Assembly (NCBI GenBank): GCA_036172245.1 | Contig: JAYWIR010000003.1 | Coordinates: forward strand, 6,820,001-6,884,000 | Source of the DNA: Raillietiella orientalis | Lineage: Eukaryota | Reading direction: 5' to 3' | DNA length: 64,000 nucleotides | Position numbers and translations under genes: made by a program | Shown here: piece after piece, positions 22,961-38,281 of the stretch | Numbering within the stretch: position 1 is the stretch's first letter | How the letters are laid out: each line of letters begins with the position of its first letter | Notes under the pieces: generated by a model | Seen by the model: the letters and a program-made list of their open reading frames with translations, nothing else | Databases searched by the model: none | Told to the model about the DNA's origin: nothing

Positions 22961-25900
22961 GAACGCTGGCAACCCGACCCACTGTGATTCTCTAATAATG
23001 ATTCCTGCCCAAGGTCTTCCAAAACTGTTCGAGGACAAAATCTTTTCCTGAAATGAAGAAATGCACGTCGCTGCCTCCGTGGAGTTTGGAGAAAAATAAA
23101 CCGATAGCAACGAAAAAAAATTGTGATTTCAATTGGGATCGCGTCGGAACTGTGCGGAGAATGGGAAATTCAGTTGGCAAAAACCTGAAAACGTGTTGTA
23201 ATGTTGAAAGTCCAGCTAGAAGGTGCGATGCAGAGGGCAGAGCCTTTTTTAAGGGTTTCGCTTTTCATCCAATTTGAGTATAATGTGCGAAGCAGAAAGG
23301 CAAATTTTCGCGGCTCGCTTTCGAGATTCCGAGCGTGCAAGTAGACGGAAGAGTTTTGTTCCACTCTCCAGCCAGCAATCAATACGATTTGGGGCTGTCC
23401 AGCGTACGCGGATATTCAGGCTAATGTACAACATGGAGTGCAATGCTGTGTTTTGCAAATGCCTCCGTTGAATTTTTCCACGAAAAGAACGCAGGTTTCG
23501 ACAGCTTGAAAACCTGCGAAGCAATGCGGTCGTTTATTTATTTTTTCTTCACCAAAGAGTCACTCATTCGTGTCAAAACGATGTCTGAAAGTGTAATATC
23601 GTACGACTCTTTACATGAATATTGCGACATGAGAGATGCAGAGCGCAAACGCTCGGCACGTATGTGAACGGAATTCGGAGCTTCCCGTCTGCAGGAGGTT
23701 TGCTTGGATGCTGTTCGAAAGGAGCTCAACGACCACCGAAGAACTCACGTGGACGGATGACCCCATCACTCTGCCACACTTTTATTCGCACCTTTCTCAG
23801 GTCAGATCACACGTGCTTCGGGGTTCACTTTCGATTCCGAGTCGCAGATTCCCCAGTTGAGGAATTTCGCATGAACGTGCCGCATTAAAATTTAAAAACA
23901 AATGAAAAAAAAAGAAAAAGAAAGAAAGATGAAATGAAAGCGTGGCGTTTCTGATGCACTCGGGGTCGAAGGGGGACGAAGAAGCCCTGCCTGGGGCTCC
24001 AGTCCTAAAGACGGAAACGGATCGTGAAAAGCATCTGTGCACAAATCGAATCCATTAGATAATAATTATCAGTTCATTTATCGTTTTCATCTACGAATTG
24101 TTTAGAGGATAACTGTTCTCGGAAATTTTCGAGCTTTCCTTCTTGATAGACACTTATAATCGTTTCCAACTATCTTCCCCCCCCCCCCCCCAAAAAAAAA
24201 AAAAAACCATACATTTCAGTGATGCTCCTTTCCTTCCCATTTGCTGCAGAGGGTTGCTCGAGAATTCTCATTTCGCCAAATCGCAAATTTGGATTTTATT
24301 AAAAGGGAGTTTTGAAAAATGCAAAGTTCATTTCACGATCTATCATTACAGTTAACACTTCAGGTTAGGTCAGGTCAGGTAGTTTACAATTTGCATCTTA
24401 CGGCATCGGTATGGATGGTAGCCCATTTCCTTAAGGGCGTGGTCAGAAGGAACCTTCCACGATTTGAAGCTTACGGTGGCCGACTCTCGAAAGATGAAGC
24501 GACTCTGAATATTTTAATCTTTCGTTTGATTATCTCCGTTAGTTCGTGTTCCAAACTCGGAAGGTCTCCCACAGCACATGCAAAGACGTGAAATTCGTTC
24601 TCGTTTGTCCACCTTTGAAAAAATTCAGCATACATCCACGAGGAGATTCTCAAATTTGCATCCCGAGTTGAAAAATTGGTTTCCAGTCGATGGAGGTGAA
24701 CATCCGACGACCCCTCATCTTCCGATTTCTCAGGACCGTTCGACTCCCCGTTCTCCGCAGTTCTTCTCTTCAGCGTACGCATCGCACGGAGAAGACGCGG
24801 CTTTATTTTCAGCATGCTCGTTGTCGTGGCAAACTGAGGTTTCCTGTTTTTGTGTATGCAGGAAGAAAGCACACTTTACATAGCCGTTCATTCCGACAAA
24901 TCGAAACCTTATGACTGTGGAATTCATTCCGTCTTGAATTTCACTGTGTCGAGGCAAAAGCGTTTCGTATTGACAGCGACGGCGCAGGGATGCAACCCTG
25001 ACTGTTCCCAAATCTCAGGCTCGACGGAAATTACAATAAATAAAAGAAATCTCGTACTTGAAATTCTCTTATATCTGAATTTCCAAGTTCGATCTGCAAT
25101 TATGCGCACTGCAAATTAGTGTTGATCAGGTTGTCGAAATTGTTTTTTATTGTGTGCTGAGTCTCCGAGATGCAGTTATCACATATGCCTGTTTAAGCTC
25201 ATGGAAAAGCGTTCGCAAATGTATGAGTTTTTTTTTGCGTAGAGTACCTAATTACCCAGGGCGTCTGCTTTCTATTCGATTGAAAACCTTTCAGTGTTTG
25301 CTGCTGATTTTGTTGCAGCGTTCATTCCAAGATGAAGATGCGTGTCCTTGATGAAGTATTGGGAAACGAGTCTAAGTTCCTGGCTTGATGCTATTCAATT
25401 TTGTTTCTGTGATCCATAGAACAGCTGGACGTTATAAAATGAACACCCCAACTCCGTGGACACAAAAATACTGATTTCCAATTTCCTGCTTCGCCATTTC
25501 CATAAATCTGCGAGGAGGTGTTCAGACGATCACTGGAGTTCTTTTTCAGGCTTTGCAAAAAGCATCAAAGGACTTGGGACCTTCGGAACCGATTCTAGCG
25601 AATATTGTAGAGCAGTCCGAAGCACTTTCGAATGGCATCGACACATCCAAAACCTTTCATCGTCCTTCTGAATTGATCTCAGGTCTCATCGAAAGGAGAT
25701 GAGCAAAACATTATGGATTCAAAACCACTATTCAGGTTTTTTTTTTTTTTTTTTTTTTTACCCTTCTTTTAAATACGAAGGATTGACTATCATCCCAGAC
25801 GTCGTGGTATTTCCTCATTAGTGCTGACTCATATCTTCCTGAAAACTATCGGAAATTATGTCCGTGTTGGATCATCCTTTTTACGACGTTCCAGCTCGTG

Positions 25901-28900
25901 CTCTTTCACGAGCGCAAACGCATCAATAAAAAAATATAATGGGTTTTATTTTCCAAACACTTGTTTACCTCCTGGATTTCTAAACTCGCAATTTTTTCAC
26001 AAATTTGAAGTTTTTCGTTAAAATGAATTCTCTGAACAGATTACTTTTTTGATCTTGATTTGAATCTTTCAGCTGCTTCCAATTATTTGTTCCTATGTTC
26101 AAACTGCTTTTGACACCAAGTGGCCAAATATTTGTCAGTTTGATTTTTGTGCACCAAAGTTAATGTTTTGAATTCAAATTGTGTTTCAAAATATTGGGAA
26201 ACTATGAATTTCGTTAGTGCATGCATCCTCCATGCATGTGATTTTCTGGTAACTGTAATGATCTCTTGTTTTTCCCCATATTTAGCGGCACGAAGGACTA
26301 AATCACGAAACACTAAATCTACTATAAGCTCTGGATCGTGTGTCCCTTACAATTGTTATTTGTCATGTCTTCATTCATCGTAATTACATGAATTACTGTA
26401 AATTACTGTAATTACATCGTAATTACTGTTTCGTTTAAACTGATAACCCCACTACGGTTCTTTTGCTCTCGAAACTACCTATTTTTTCCTTTTGAAAATT
26501 AATGAATTCCGTGGGTTGGGAGAATTCGAATGAACCCCAAGATTTCCAACTTTTTTATCCGTTGACTTCATCTTATGAAGTTTTCTATTAGCTCTTTATT
26601 CTGTTCCCTATTTCTCGTCCATCAATTACCCAAATGAAAGAGGATACCCCAGTTAATACCATTTATTTTAACACAAAGAATTTTAAACGAAGGTTTTCTG
26701 GTGATTTATGTGCTTTCAGTATACCACATCTATGAATGACGCCATATGTATTATTTGCTTGAGCCCTGCATAGGTTGATAAAATTCGTCATTTTTGATTT
26801 CTCACAATTAATCAATTGCATAATTGGTGCATTTGAAATCTGTGTAAGCGTCAGTGTCATTAAATGCATGCCTCATTTTGTCGTAATTCTGATCTCTTAT
26901 GCGAGGATGGAGAATTTTCGTTATGTGTTTGGCTTGGTTTTACTTTCCCTTTAGTTTTGAAACTGCGATACGAATCTACTCTGAATTTGCTTTTATGAGA
27001 AATGCCCGATGATTTATCATCAGTAATCTGTTAAGGGGCATTCAACGTAATGGAGAGCAGTTTTTTACATGTGTGAAAATGATTTCGAGCTACCGGGAAA
27101 ACTTACAAGAAATGTGCAGACGTTTTGTCGCTTCGAGTTGACAAAAGAACGACACTCCATGCTGCTGTTATCTTTTTGTGAATCTCACCAGATATTCCAT
27201 CCATGCTGAAAAGAGAATCACGCCTGCAGATAATCCCATACACTTATTTCCAATTACATGTGTAATTCAATTTATGTGTTTCAAACACCTTGAATTGTGC
27301 TTGTAATTTTTGCAATGGTGCTTTTTTTTTTTTTTTTTTTGGCGACCTTCTTGGAGTGTAAAAGCTGTTTGGGTTTTCCTTTGAAGCGGTGTATTTTGCT
27401 ATCAGCATAGGAAAATGAATTAGGAGTTGCTTTCACAAAATATCCTATTTAGATGCTATTTTTTCCCTTTGTACCTTCTTTCGTTTTCATATTACGAATT
27501 GATTCATACTGTTAGATGTATTCAATATCTGACAGTATGTACACAGTTATGCACACCTGAAGTAGAAAAGTGCGAGTGCCGTATATTGAGATTGGTTGTC
27601 TTCGATTTATAGTATTTTATTCGTCATTGCTTGAAAAGAATGTCTAAAATTTCATTTTTTCCCCGAGTATCCAAGCATTTTCTGAAGTCCCATCTTCAGC
27701 ACCGTTGACGCAGCAAATGTTTTTACAGAAGTTTCTCAAACATTTCCCTATTTAAATAGAGATGACAATTTGGGAATGTAAACATAATTTTGGGAATGTA
27801 TACACCTTTTTTTTTTTCTTTTCTCTATTGGAGTGTATTACAACTGCAATATAATAAAACTTATCCCTTTAGGCTGCAGTTTTCGTTTAGCAATGTAGAA
27901 GTTCGGAAGATTAGATACTCATGGTAAGACTAAATAAGATTTTTTTTTTTTTTTTCCTCCTCAAATAAAAGTTTATTCCATACGAGACTTTTTAAATCGT
28001 ATAATTATTACACACAATTGTATGGATGGTTATGATCGTCATGATTAAAATAGCTTACGCTGTTTTTTCCCTTTCCGCCGATCAAATCTCTTGTTTTTAT
28101 GCAGCATCAGATGTTTTTAGTCCTCAAAATGGTAATTAGTTGGTATATCTGTTGTCTACAAATATCGTACGTACACTCGAATAAGAAAAATCAAGAAGCA
28201 GGTCAAAAAAATTCTGTTATTTAAAGATTAGTGTGTGTCCGTTGATTGTGTGAAGTGAGTCGTGGCGTTTGAAAATGAATGCCTCTAATCAATTAGCAGA
28301 GCTCTCCGTTCAGTGTACGTTTGGATTTTCGTCCCTTTTTTTTGTTTTTGTACAAGGCCGTGCAACGAGATGTAACTTTTTCTGTATCTGAGTAGTAAGC
28401 AAAATGAAAGTTATTCTCTAACATTAATATGTGGAAATTTGTACATTGGTTTTCATTGTAGTATTGATCCACTGAGGGCTGCTATTGCAGTTTTAGGTTC
28501 AAACCTTATTATTTCTATTCTGCTTATAATGAATAGCAGTTCGACACACAACAGGTAGCTTAATAACATGGTTAATTAAAAAATTTTGAATGCAGCTTAG
28601 GTATGTGAGCTTCTAAAAACTTGAGCAACCATTGACAGTGTCGTATTAAAAATATAGTTCCCCTAAGTGTACACATATTGTGATCTGACTGTTTCAGTTT
28701 TCAGATTTGTTTAAATGCAGTCTTTAGGTATCACAGAAATGGCCTGAAGTGAGTTTACATTTCAAAAAATAAAATCATCTTTCTGTTTTCAGTAAAGTTT
28801 TTTCTTGTTCCTTCAATATCTTTCTGTTACAATTAATATATTTTGACCTTGATTGGTTAGTATTCTAGTTGCATGAATAGCTGTTGTAATTCAGCATATA

Positions 28901-30503
28901 TGTGCAAGCAGTATAGTTTTGGAAAAACGTGCAAGTGAAGACATCTATTCAATTTCACATTTTTTTCCATGCTTATTTAAGTAGAAAAAGTTGAAAATGC
29001 TTTGTCAGCACCAGTAGTGGCTTATCAGGGTTTTATAAGTAGTTTCTTATCTGAGTGGGAGTATTTCAAAAATGTTGAGAATTAAAATTGATATATGTAT
29101 TTGTGCAATCAGTGCAGAGGTTTGGATTCATTGACTTGGTTTCATGAAAGGCAGATTTATCATCAAGTGTTTGTGATTTCCCTATGAATGTTTCTTTAGC
29201 AAATGGAAATAGAACATTGAAAATGTGACTAAGGTTTTTCACATTTTCCTTTCAATGAAATCATTTTGTTTATGATTTAAGGAAATACCAGTTTCCCAGC
29301 AATCATGCTATTATTTGATTACAAAAAAACAAACTTTTTCAAATTAAAATTTCAAACATCTAATTAAGTGTTCTGCATATTATTGACCTGCTCGTCATCA
29401 CATTATAAAAATATATTAATTCTTAAACATAATAATTAATATTTCAAATACCTTTATTTGCACAATTGGTAGAGAGTTTTGTAGAATTTAAGCAAGTGAG
29501 CACACTTCATATTATATCACTTCATGGAAAGAACAATAGAAGATAAAGAAGTAAGCTTTTGTTTATTCGATCATTTTCAAGGTGGATACACTTACATAAA
29601 AAGTAAGATCCTGGTAATCATAAGTTTAACATACCTGCAAAAACATCAGCACATGCTTCACTTCATAAAGCTGAACTGAAATGTTTTCAAGTTGAATCTA
29701 TGTTCTTCTAATGCACACTGTATTCTTTATTTCAGTTTTTCCATCATCATTCAGCTAGTCCTGAAAGGTTCAATTTTGCGACAGGATTTCAGAAGCCAGA
29801 TGGTGGGTTTTTAAATTAATTAATTCGATGTTTTTTAATTATTCTCACACAGGAGATTTTTAATTTTACATTCTGTTTACATTTTATTTTAATTACATAA
29901 TACCAAGTGCTTCACTTGGTATTTCTTTATTTTTAAGTTTGTTTAGCATTCATCATTTATTTTTAAATTTGGTTTATAATCTTATGCATGCATATGACAT
30001 TACAACTTGTACATGTGGCTCATCAGCTCTGCTTTCATGTAAATCTTGTTCATGTGTGGCATAATTATACGTTCATAATGCTGGTTCCTGCATAATGATG
30101 TATGAATACACTAGCTGGAAGCTTTTCATAAGTTCTTTTTGTGTATATACAATGTCTGAGGAAATTACCATCTTTTGTTAAGTTTTTTATGTATGAAAAC
30201 CTATAACTGGCAATTAGCAAAGAAACATCCTGATGAAATTTTTCCAAACTTTCATTGAGTACATTATAAGGTTTTACCATTAAAACCATTATCTGAAAAT
30301 CTAAAATTGTCTCAAAAAAGAAGCAGTGAGTTTGCATAAGTAATTAGCTACTGTTCTGAAATCAGTCAGCACAAATTTTACTGATTTAATAATGATTTTT
30401 GTTTTCTGTTTATTGATGTATGTTGCAGGTGGTTTCATCATTCGCAGAAATAGAATTGTTTTGAAATTAAATGCTACAAGCCTGTAAATTAAATTTGGTC
30501 AAC

Positions 30504-33500
30504 ATGTCAAGTGAATCACCGAATGCAACTGGGGATGCTAAAGCTACTAATGTAGATCCAGAACTGAAAGGCTGGCTCTTCAAGTGGACTAATTATATAA
30601 AAGGATATCAAAAACGCTGGTTTGTTCTTTCAAATGGACTTTTTTCTTATTATAGGTGAGTCATTTATTTTCCAGTTCCAAGATACGTGTTCTAGATCGC
30701 AGGTACAAGAGGTCCGTAGTTGTCGTGGTGCTATCAGATTGAGAGGAGCTTCTATTCACACTGAAAATACATATAATTTTCTTGTATCCAGTAGTGCTGG
30801 ACAAACATTTCATTTGCGTGCAAGCAATGAAGTTGAGAGGCAGCGCTGGATCACAGTGTTAGAATTAGCCAAAAGTCGAGCAGAAGCAGAGTCAGGTCTG
30901 TTGTAATAGTTTTGCAAAAGACACTGTTGTATTTAGAGGAGGAAGATGAAGATGAATTATCACCTTTACAAGACTTTGAAGCTCGAATACAGACACTACG
31001 AGGCAAGCTACAAGACCTTATAAGTTGTAGTGCAACTGTTGACCGTCAGCACACAGGAATACAACGAACAATAACGGATTTAGATTTGTCAGATGTGCGC
31101 TTGCGTCAGCTTGGAGAACGTATTGGTACATTTCGTCTTGCTTGCAGTGCTATGGTTAATGTAAATATATATGAATTAAAAGGCCACATTACATTGGTTT
31201 CAGATAAGTTCAGAATATTTGGCTTATGTGACTTCACAAATTGAAGCTCTGCATCACCTGTTAGAGCTTGAGCAACAGCAGCGGACTCGTTTGGAGGAAG
31301 TTGTAATGCAGTTAGCCCAACAACATTCCCATCTTGAAAAAGTAGCCAAGGAACATGCAAAAGTAGGCAAGGAACGTGTAGTGCATCAGTCATCGGTCAC
31401 TTATAAACCATCCACTCAAGGTATGTATGTGTGTATTTAGGTGAAATCAAAGTTTTGGGTTTTTCATTCAAAATATCTGCAAATTGGGTCTATACCATTA
31501 AAATGCAGTAGACATTCAGAAGTGCATGGACAGTTTTGGTACTTGTGCATTATTACAATGGTTGATCTTTGCAAAGTTTATGTCAAAAGCTATTTAATAT
31601 GAGCAAAACCAAAATCCTTTTTTTTTTTTTTTTTTTTTCACACATATATATTCTTTCAACTGCTTGTTCTCATATTAAATTGTATTGTGATTTTGTGATT
31701 TTTGTTGAGCAGAAAGTTCTGTGATGTTGATGTTCTTGCACCTTATAGGCATTTTGTTCTGCCCACATAAAGATTTTTGCATAGAAATAGATGAAATATT
31801 AATAATGACAATAAATCATACATAAGTAGTTGGTTATGCTTGAAGTTCATGGCATTTCAGTTTCTTAGCCTTATGGGGACCTCAGTATAAAGATTCAATG
31901 TTCAACATTTTGGTACTTTGAAGCATTTAGTCATGCATTTTTGTGTGTGATGGTGTTTGATCTTTTGTGTGTTTGTTACCTGCTGCATGTCTTTCTGACA
32001 TGCAATGAGAGGATTCCATTTACTGATTTTTTGCTGTGTCATTTCTCTAATCCTTGTTTAGTTTTCTTTAATGACAAATGTATAATTTTATGGGATACTT
32101 AGAATATGAAGTCCGAATTATTCTAATTAGTCAGCTTTCTTGGTTGATGAGAAATAACGAGAACGTAGGATCAAGAGGCAAGGAATGCTTTATTTTACCT
32201 AAAATTTGCATTTGTTTCCAGTGCATTTTCATGTTTCTTTCTGTATTTTATTCTGACTTGAAATGTATTAATGTATGTTCTGGGGCTGCTCCCTGTATTC
32301 GCCTTTTAAAAGTAATTAAAAAGGGCTCCGTAACTGAGTATTGTATTCTTAGTAAGCTCAAAACAAGAAAAACCAATTATGTATGCCTGTTTGCCTTTTA
32401 TGAGACAAACATGGTGCATGTGATACAAAACTGCAGATACAGATATTTCAGATTGAAGCCTTAGGTTCGTGATTGAAAGCAGCTTATGTAACATCCCCTT
32501 ATGAGAAGTTTTCAAGCTTTGCACAGTTGTGCCTTAAAATGACAGTTTTGCGTGAATACTTTGTATAGTATTAGGATTGGAGTTCTGGAGATTAAAGTAT
32601 GAAATTCGTTGACTGTATAAATTACATTTCTGTGTCTACATTTGTTTGATATTTTCGATAATTTTCAAAGTCCATTTCCTGGTTATGGACTCTGAAAATA
32701 TTCTGAAGATGAGCGAATCGGAAAGTAATCAAATGTACCAACAGGTTTATGATAGGTTTCAAAAATCCCTTGTTCACAATTTAGTGCACCGCCAATTATT
32801 TTAATTTTGATGGATACTTGGAGTAAAAATGTGGAGTCCAGTTACAAGCAGAGTCATCAGAGAAACTATCATTGTTTATTCAGTTCATCAGTTGCACATT
32901 TTTGTTTTTAGGAAATACTCGGATATGTAATCCATGTAAAAGACGGATATGATTGCGATTTTAAATTTTGCATTCAGCTTGACAGTGACAATCACAATAT
33001 TCAATCACGGTAATACTGTGACTGTCAGAACTGAATTTTGAATCTCAGATCCGAGATTTGCATATGCCTAATGTCCAGTATCCACGCTGATTAGATGATT
33101 TTATTAAACAACGCATATGTTAGAAGTGTTCGATTATTTGTTGATTCAGGCTTCACGTAGCATTATTTTATTTGTAGCAGTCATTTGTTGGAATTGTTTG
33201 TATGTAATTCATAAAGTTGCTTCCCTTTTTGGTTTTCTTGATCGGTAAAGAGTACTCATTCTCTTAACTTGCAACATCAATGTGTGACAGTTTAGTTTCG
33301 GGTAAATGATGTGGGGATCATTGTCTAGATGCTTCTTGCATGTAGAAATTCATAATTTTTTGTTTTTCTACAATTTCTGCCCACATCCTGTTTTTGTTTC
33401 TTTGTAAGGTTTGCACACTCCAATCATTCGGATTTTATAAGTTTGAAATAAATTGCAAAATCTGTTTTGGAGATGGAAAGCATTTTAGTTTTGCTTGCAG

Positions 33501-35092
33501 ACTTGACCCTTTGGTCTGCTTGCAATACTTAATCTGATTCAGGATATTTCTGTATCTCCCCGAAATAAGGAAACAGTGTAAAGAGATCAGTGGTAGCTTA
33601 CTCAGAAAGAGATGTTGGCATCTGCTACCAAGCTTAATAAGAGAATTGCTGTGAACATTGTGCGGCATTGTTTCTTGTGTTTATTGTCAGCAGTTCGTTT
33701 TGGTGTGCTTTCATTAGAATCAGTGATTTTCGTTTAGCATTTCAGTTTGAACTAAACAAATACTGTAGTGCTTGTTGATCATTCTTTATATCCATTGCCA
33801 ATATTTGATTCTGCATCTCACCATGCCCAGTTTTTTCTCCATTTCACAAATGTATGTAGATTTCTAGTCTTTCTTTTAAGCATTAGTTTGGTCATGGTGT
33901 TGAATACCCAATTCGACTTGCACGGTATCATTTTTCTGTTCTGCCAGCTTTATTGCATGCAAGTAGTTCAGTTAGGTTTTCATCCATATTCTCAGAGGAT
34001 CTAGGGCTCATATTTTAGAACAACACTTTGTAAACATTTATTAGTTAGTGAAGAAGGGAAAAAAAAAAAAGCTTTTCCCTAATAACAATGGAAAATGGTT
34101 CTGATGCTTTGGTAACAAAAGATGACTTTGTCGGAATCCTACCGTTGTTCATCATGGGCTTTAATGGAATTTATGTTACATCGAAAGCAAAACGACAATA
34201 ATTGTTAAAGCATGAAAATTATTCCGTGGTACCACTGTATGTTGCTGTTGTTGTTGTTCTCCATTAAGTTTCTTAACAAATATGGTAATTGGGGAGCAGC
34301 AAAATCGGTGCTTTCACAATCCGAGCCTTTTGAGGTAAATGTTAATAAAAATAAAGGAAAAAACGAAGCTCCTGCGCTTCGTTTCTCCGCAGGCGAATAC
34401 GCGATACGTTTCCTGAGGTTTGCGGTGCCGGCCGACTCGGCGCGGTTTCGCAAATTGAAAGGAATTTCCCAAAAGTTTCGCCCATTGTTGCGTGGGACGT
34501 GACTCGTCAGCATTGTTTCGGTGACGCAGCCTTCGGGTGCTGCTACGTCCGCCACGCACTCCTCGGTGTGTTCGAGGGCTTCGTCCAAAGAAGGCCGCGA
34601 GGTCCGGTGGAAGTCGGCCCGTTTTCCCAGAGAAATGCTCCCTTTCCCCAGAGAAAACGATCAAATCGGAAGGGCACGTATTTCTAAGCATTCCCATCCA
34701 GTTTTTGTGGTCATTGCATTTGGTGACTGCTTGAGTGAATTGTAATTTCGAATGCCTCAATTCATCCAATGTAGGTATCGTATTTGTGTGAGATGGTGGA
34801 AATGACGATTACAAAGAACTATGGTATCCAAAAAGATTTTTTGGTAGGGAAAACTTTGTCATTCGGAGCCGACTGGATTCCGATTCATTTGGATCCAACT
34901 TCCAAAATACCATTCAGTGGGATCCCGTTTAACGAATTGCATTCGGTCTCATCTCAGTTTCGTTCCTATGGATGAAAGATTCAGTTCAGATGCTTTTGTT
35001 GAGATTAGGTGATTCTGTTGGTGTGATTTATTTGACATGTAAGACTTTCCAAGATTAATTCATCCGTTTTTATTTTTTTGCGTTCCTGCTCG

Positions 35093-35127
<35 letters not shown>

Positions 35128-38100
35128 ATTGCCCTCTTTGATGGTGTGCACCATCTCCGGGAAAAAGAGTTCTCTTCATTGTGTTTCTCCTTGAGGAGTA
35201 GAATGAAAAGGCATTTTTTTTTGAGCAAGCCCAATTTCAGCATTTGGAATGCATTCATTGTGTGTATGTGTGTGTTCAGTGAAAGATGTTGATTGAATGC
35301 TGGAGTGTAAATGAAATGTATTTCAATTCTTCCAAGTTTGGATGAATGTTCAGTTTTGAGTATTGTTTACAATGTTGCATTCTGTGTGTGTGTGTGTGTG
35401 TGTGTTTTAAAGCAACCAGATTCAAATCTAGAGTCATGTATTGGTTCTTGCCTCAGAGTCTCTTATGCTTCCATCTTTCTTCAGTAGTGCATCACTGCCC
35501 TGCTTTCATTTCTTCAGTTTTCTGATTCTTGTGAGATTCATATGAATGGTTGGCCATTGATTAATGTGACACCACTTGGTTCCTACATTCATGTGTATTG
35601 CACTGCATATGTATTCTGAAATGTCATTTTAGATTCAGGTTCCATTATTGATGATGATGATGATGGAGAGTTTCATGATGCTTTAGAAGATCTTGAGTTC
35701 ATTGTGCATACCTCCAGCTGTTGTGATGATACTGCTTCTACTTGTATGGTGAGCTGTTTGTGTGTCAGTCAGAGTTTGTGGCTGGTAGCCGTGATTCGTT
35801 TGGATGTCTGCCGTGTTCATGTAGCTTACCAACATGAAACATGCGCGTTTGACGTCATCGTGTGCAATCAATCACACCCAGAGGCCCTCTTGTCGAATGG
35901 TCGGAGAAATAAGTGTGTGTTCCTGTGTGTGACCAAAACGCAATGTGCCCCGATGCAGACGAACGACGCATACAAAATGGAAATATCACGGGTTTGCTTG
36001 TGGTTTCGTGGTTGATCGGAAGTCGACCTCTTCATACACTCAGGCAGGAAAAAATTGCATGGGGTCAGAAGCTGCCGGTCTCCTGCCGTCGAAGCATTTT
36101 CTAGTGGTTGTCTGTAGAAAGTATTTTCAATACGCGAGGATGCTGAAGTGATCACCTCGAAAATAGGGCTCACCAAACGAAGGAAGGAAAGGGAACGATG
36201 CTGACGTGGCCGTCTTTAGCGAGTCGTTTGTGAGTTTGGGTTGCATGCACATTTTCAGCCCGTGTAAGTGACAAGTAGTAGTTAATACCGGGAGAGAATG
36301 AAGTCCGGTCGATTCCTGTGCGTAATGCATTACCCCCCAAACGTCATTCAGTCGAGTACCGTCGTCATGCTAGGGTCATGGGGGGTTTCGTTTTCGCGGC
36401 CTCAAATTCCAGAATTTGAAGTGCCGTCCACCCCTGAGTTTGCATCGCTGTCTCTTCGACCAGGAAGCGATTCCGTGCCATCGCGAGTGTGTGTGCCTTT
36501 CGTGCTTTCATTGGTAGGAAAAAGTTGTGAAGCAATAAAACGTTTCCACATGGAACTGGAGCTTTTTTTTTTTTTTTTTTTTTTTTGGCAACCCTGTGAG
36601 GTCAGCTTCCAAACACTATATATTGTTGGATAAGTTTTTATTTATTTCAAAATCGTGGGCTGAGCGTAAAAGTAATTCAGTAACATGAAAAGGATAGTGT
36701 ATTTCCAGGTCAATATTCGAAAAACAGATTGTGGATTCTTTCCAACGGACTTAACCTACGTGCCAAGCGACATTTGTAAATGACAACGCAACGTGCTAAG
36801 TTCCTTGATTTCCTTTTTCCGTTGTAAATCACGAAACGAAGTAAAATGGATATAGCGTGCTCATTAAATCATCCATTAAATCTTTGAAAAGTTTGGCACA
36901 AAGTTTTAATGGCTGTAGTAAGCTTCAAAACACTCTTCAGTCATCATCATCATGAGTAAACATTTTTCTTACATATGCTTTTGTTGAAAACTTTCCCGGA
37001 AGCTGCTTTCAGCTAGCCTTCTGCCCCAAGGCAGTCCGTCCGGACGGACTTGACCCCAGATCTAAGGAGGGAGAAAGAGGGAAGCAGCGACGCTTTACAG
37101 AGAGAAAGCGCTCGGTTCCGATGTGCTCGAGATTTGCATCGAAAGGGTTAGATGACCCCAGGCAACCATCAGGGACTTTTTTTTTTAGCAATTTAGGGAG
37201 TATGTGCGGGAAAAAAAGAAATTTGAATTTCCGACGTTGGAGTGCCGGTGTTCAACAGGACGTTTAGGGATCTTCTGAAAGTCCTCCAAGACGTGTTTTA
37301 GCACAGTAATGGTGGACCCGTTTCTCCCCCGCCCAGCCCCACCCCCGTTTCTTCCTCTTGAATCCGTGAACAAAGAATAAGCTAATTATTAAGGAAACAG
37401 ATGTGTATTTTATTACGAAAGTAAGTGGTCTTTGGATACCTGCATTACAAGAAGCATAACGGTGGGGTATTGACAATTGTTTGGAGAAGCTTTCGAAAGG
37501 GTACACCCTTATGTGAATTCGTGTTGGTGATAATGAATGATTGGTGCATAGAGATTCGACAAACACGGGAGCATTTTCCTTTCAAAAAAAAAGAAATCAG
37601 AGTGAACCATAAAAATCTGCAGAGCGATGTTTGTCCGTGAGCAGATTAGCAAGTTATGCTACAAAACACAATTTCTAAAGAGATGAAAACGCAGCTTTCT
37701 CCTGTTGCTGTGTATTTTCGTTATGGTGGCCTCCCAGTTTAAGCGTGGTTGTGGCAGGAAGGAATTTCCGCGCCCCTAAGAGTCGGGACATGGACTCCAC
37801 ACTGCTAGAAGGTGCGTCTTCAGAACAGGGTGGAACCGAAAGGTTTTGGCAGTCGGACCGAAGTTCCCCCCAGGAGGTGTGACCACCGGTGATTTTTGAA
37901 CCAGGAAGCAGAGGAGTGCCTCTCGATAGGTAACGAAAACGATGGAAGGCACGGCTTGACAGGAGATGGAGAAGCTATTAAGTTGAAGCAAGTTTCTATG
38001 AAAGTAGTGTTTACATCCAAGGGAACCCGAATAGTGTTGTGCATAATGGCACGTCTTCCGGTATCGGGCACTCGGGAATGGGACAGTCATGCAAGGGAGC

Positions 38101-38230
38101 ACGTCCAAGCATCCTGTAGATTATCAGACCGCGTGTACTTTCAGATGTGTTTCGTCAATATCATTTGGCGCGTTTCAATGTCTGGATGTGCGTTCTGTTG
38201 TGTTCCTCCTCCCCCCCTTTTGTTCCTTCC

Positions 38231-38281
<51 letters not shown>

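Noticed and set aside
24361..24382. CAGGTTAGGTCAGGTCAGGT, resembling TTAGG/TCAGG telomeric repeats
   Set aside because: Only about four degenerate units; compatible with an ordinary microsatellite.
24471..24872. 133-aa minus-strand ORF with an acidic patch
   Set aside because: No motif, splice support or clear codon bias; cannot be supported as a gene.
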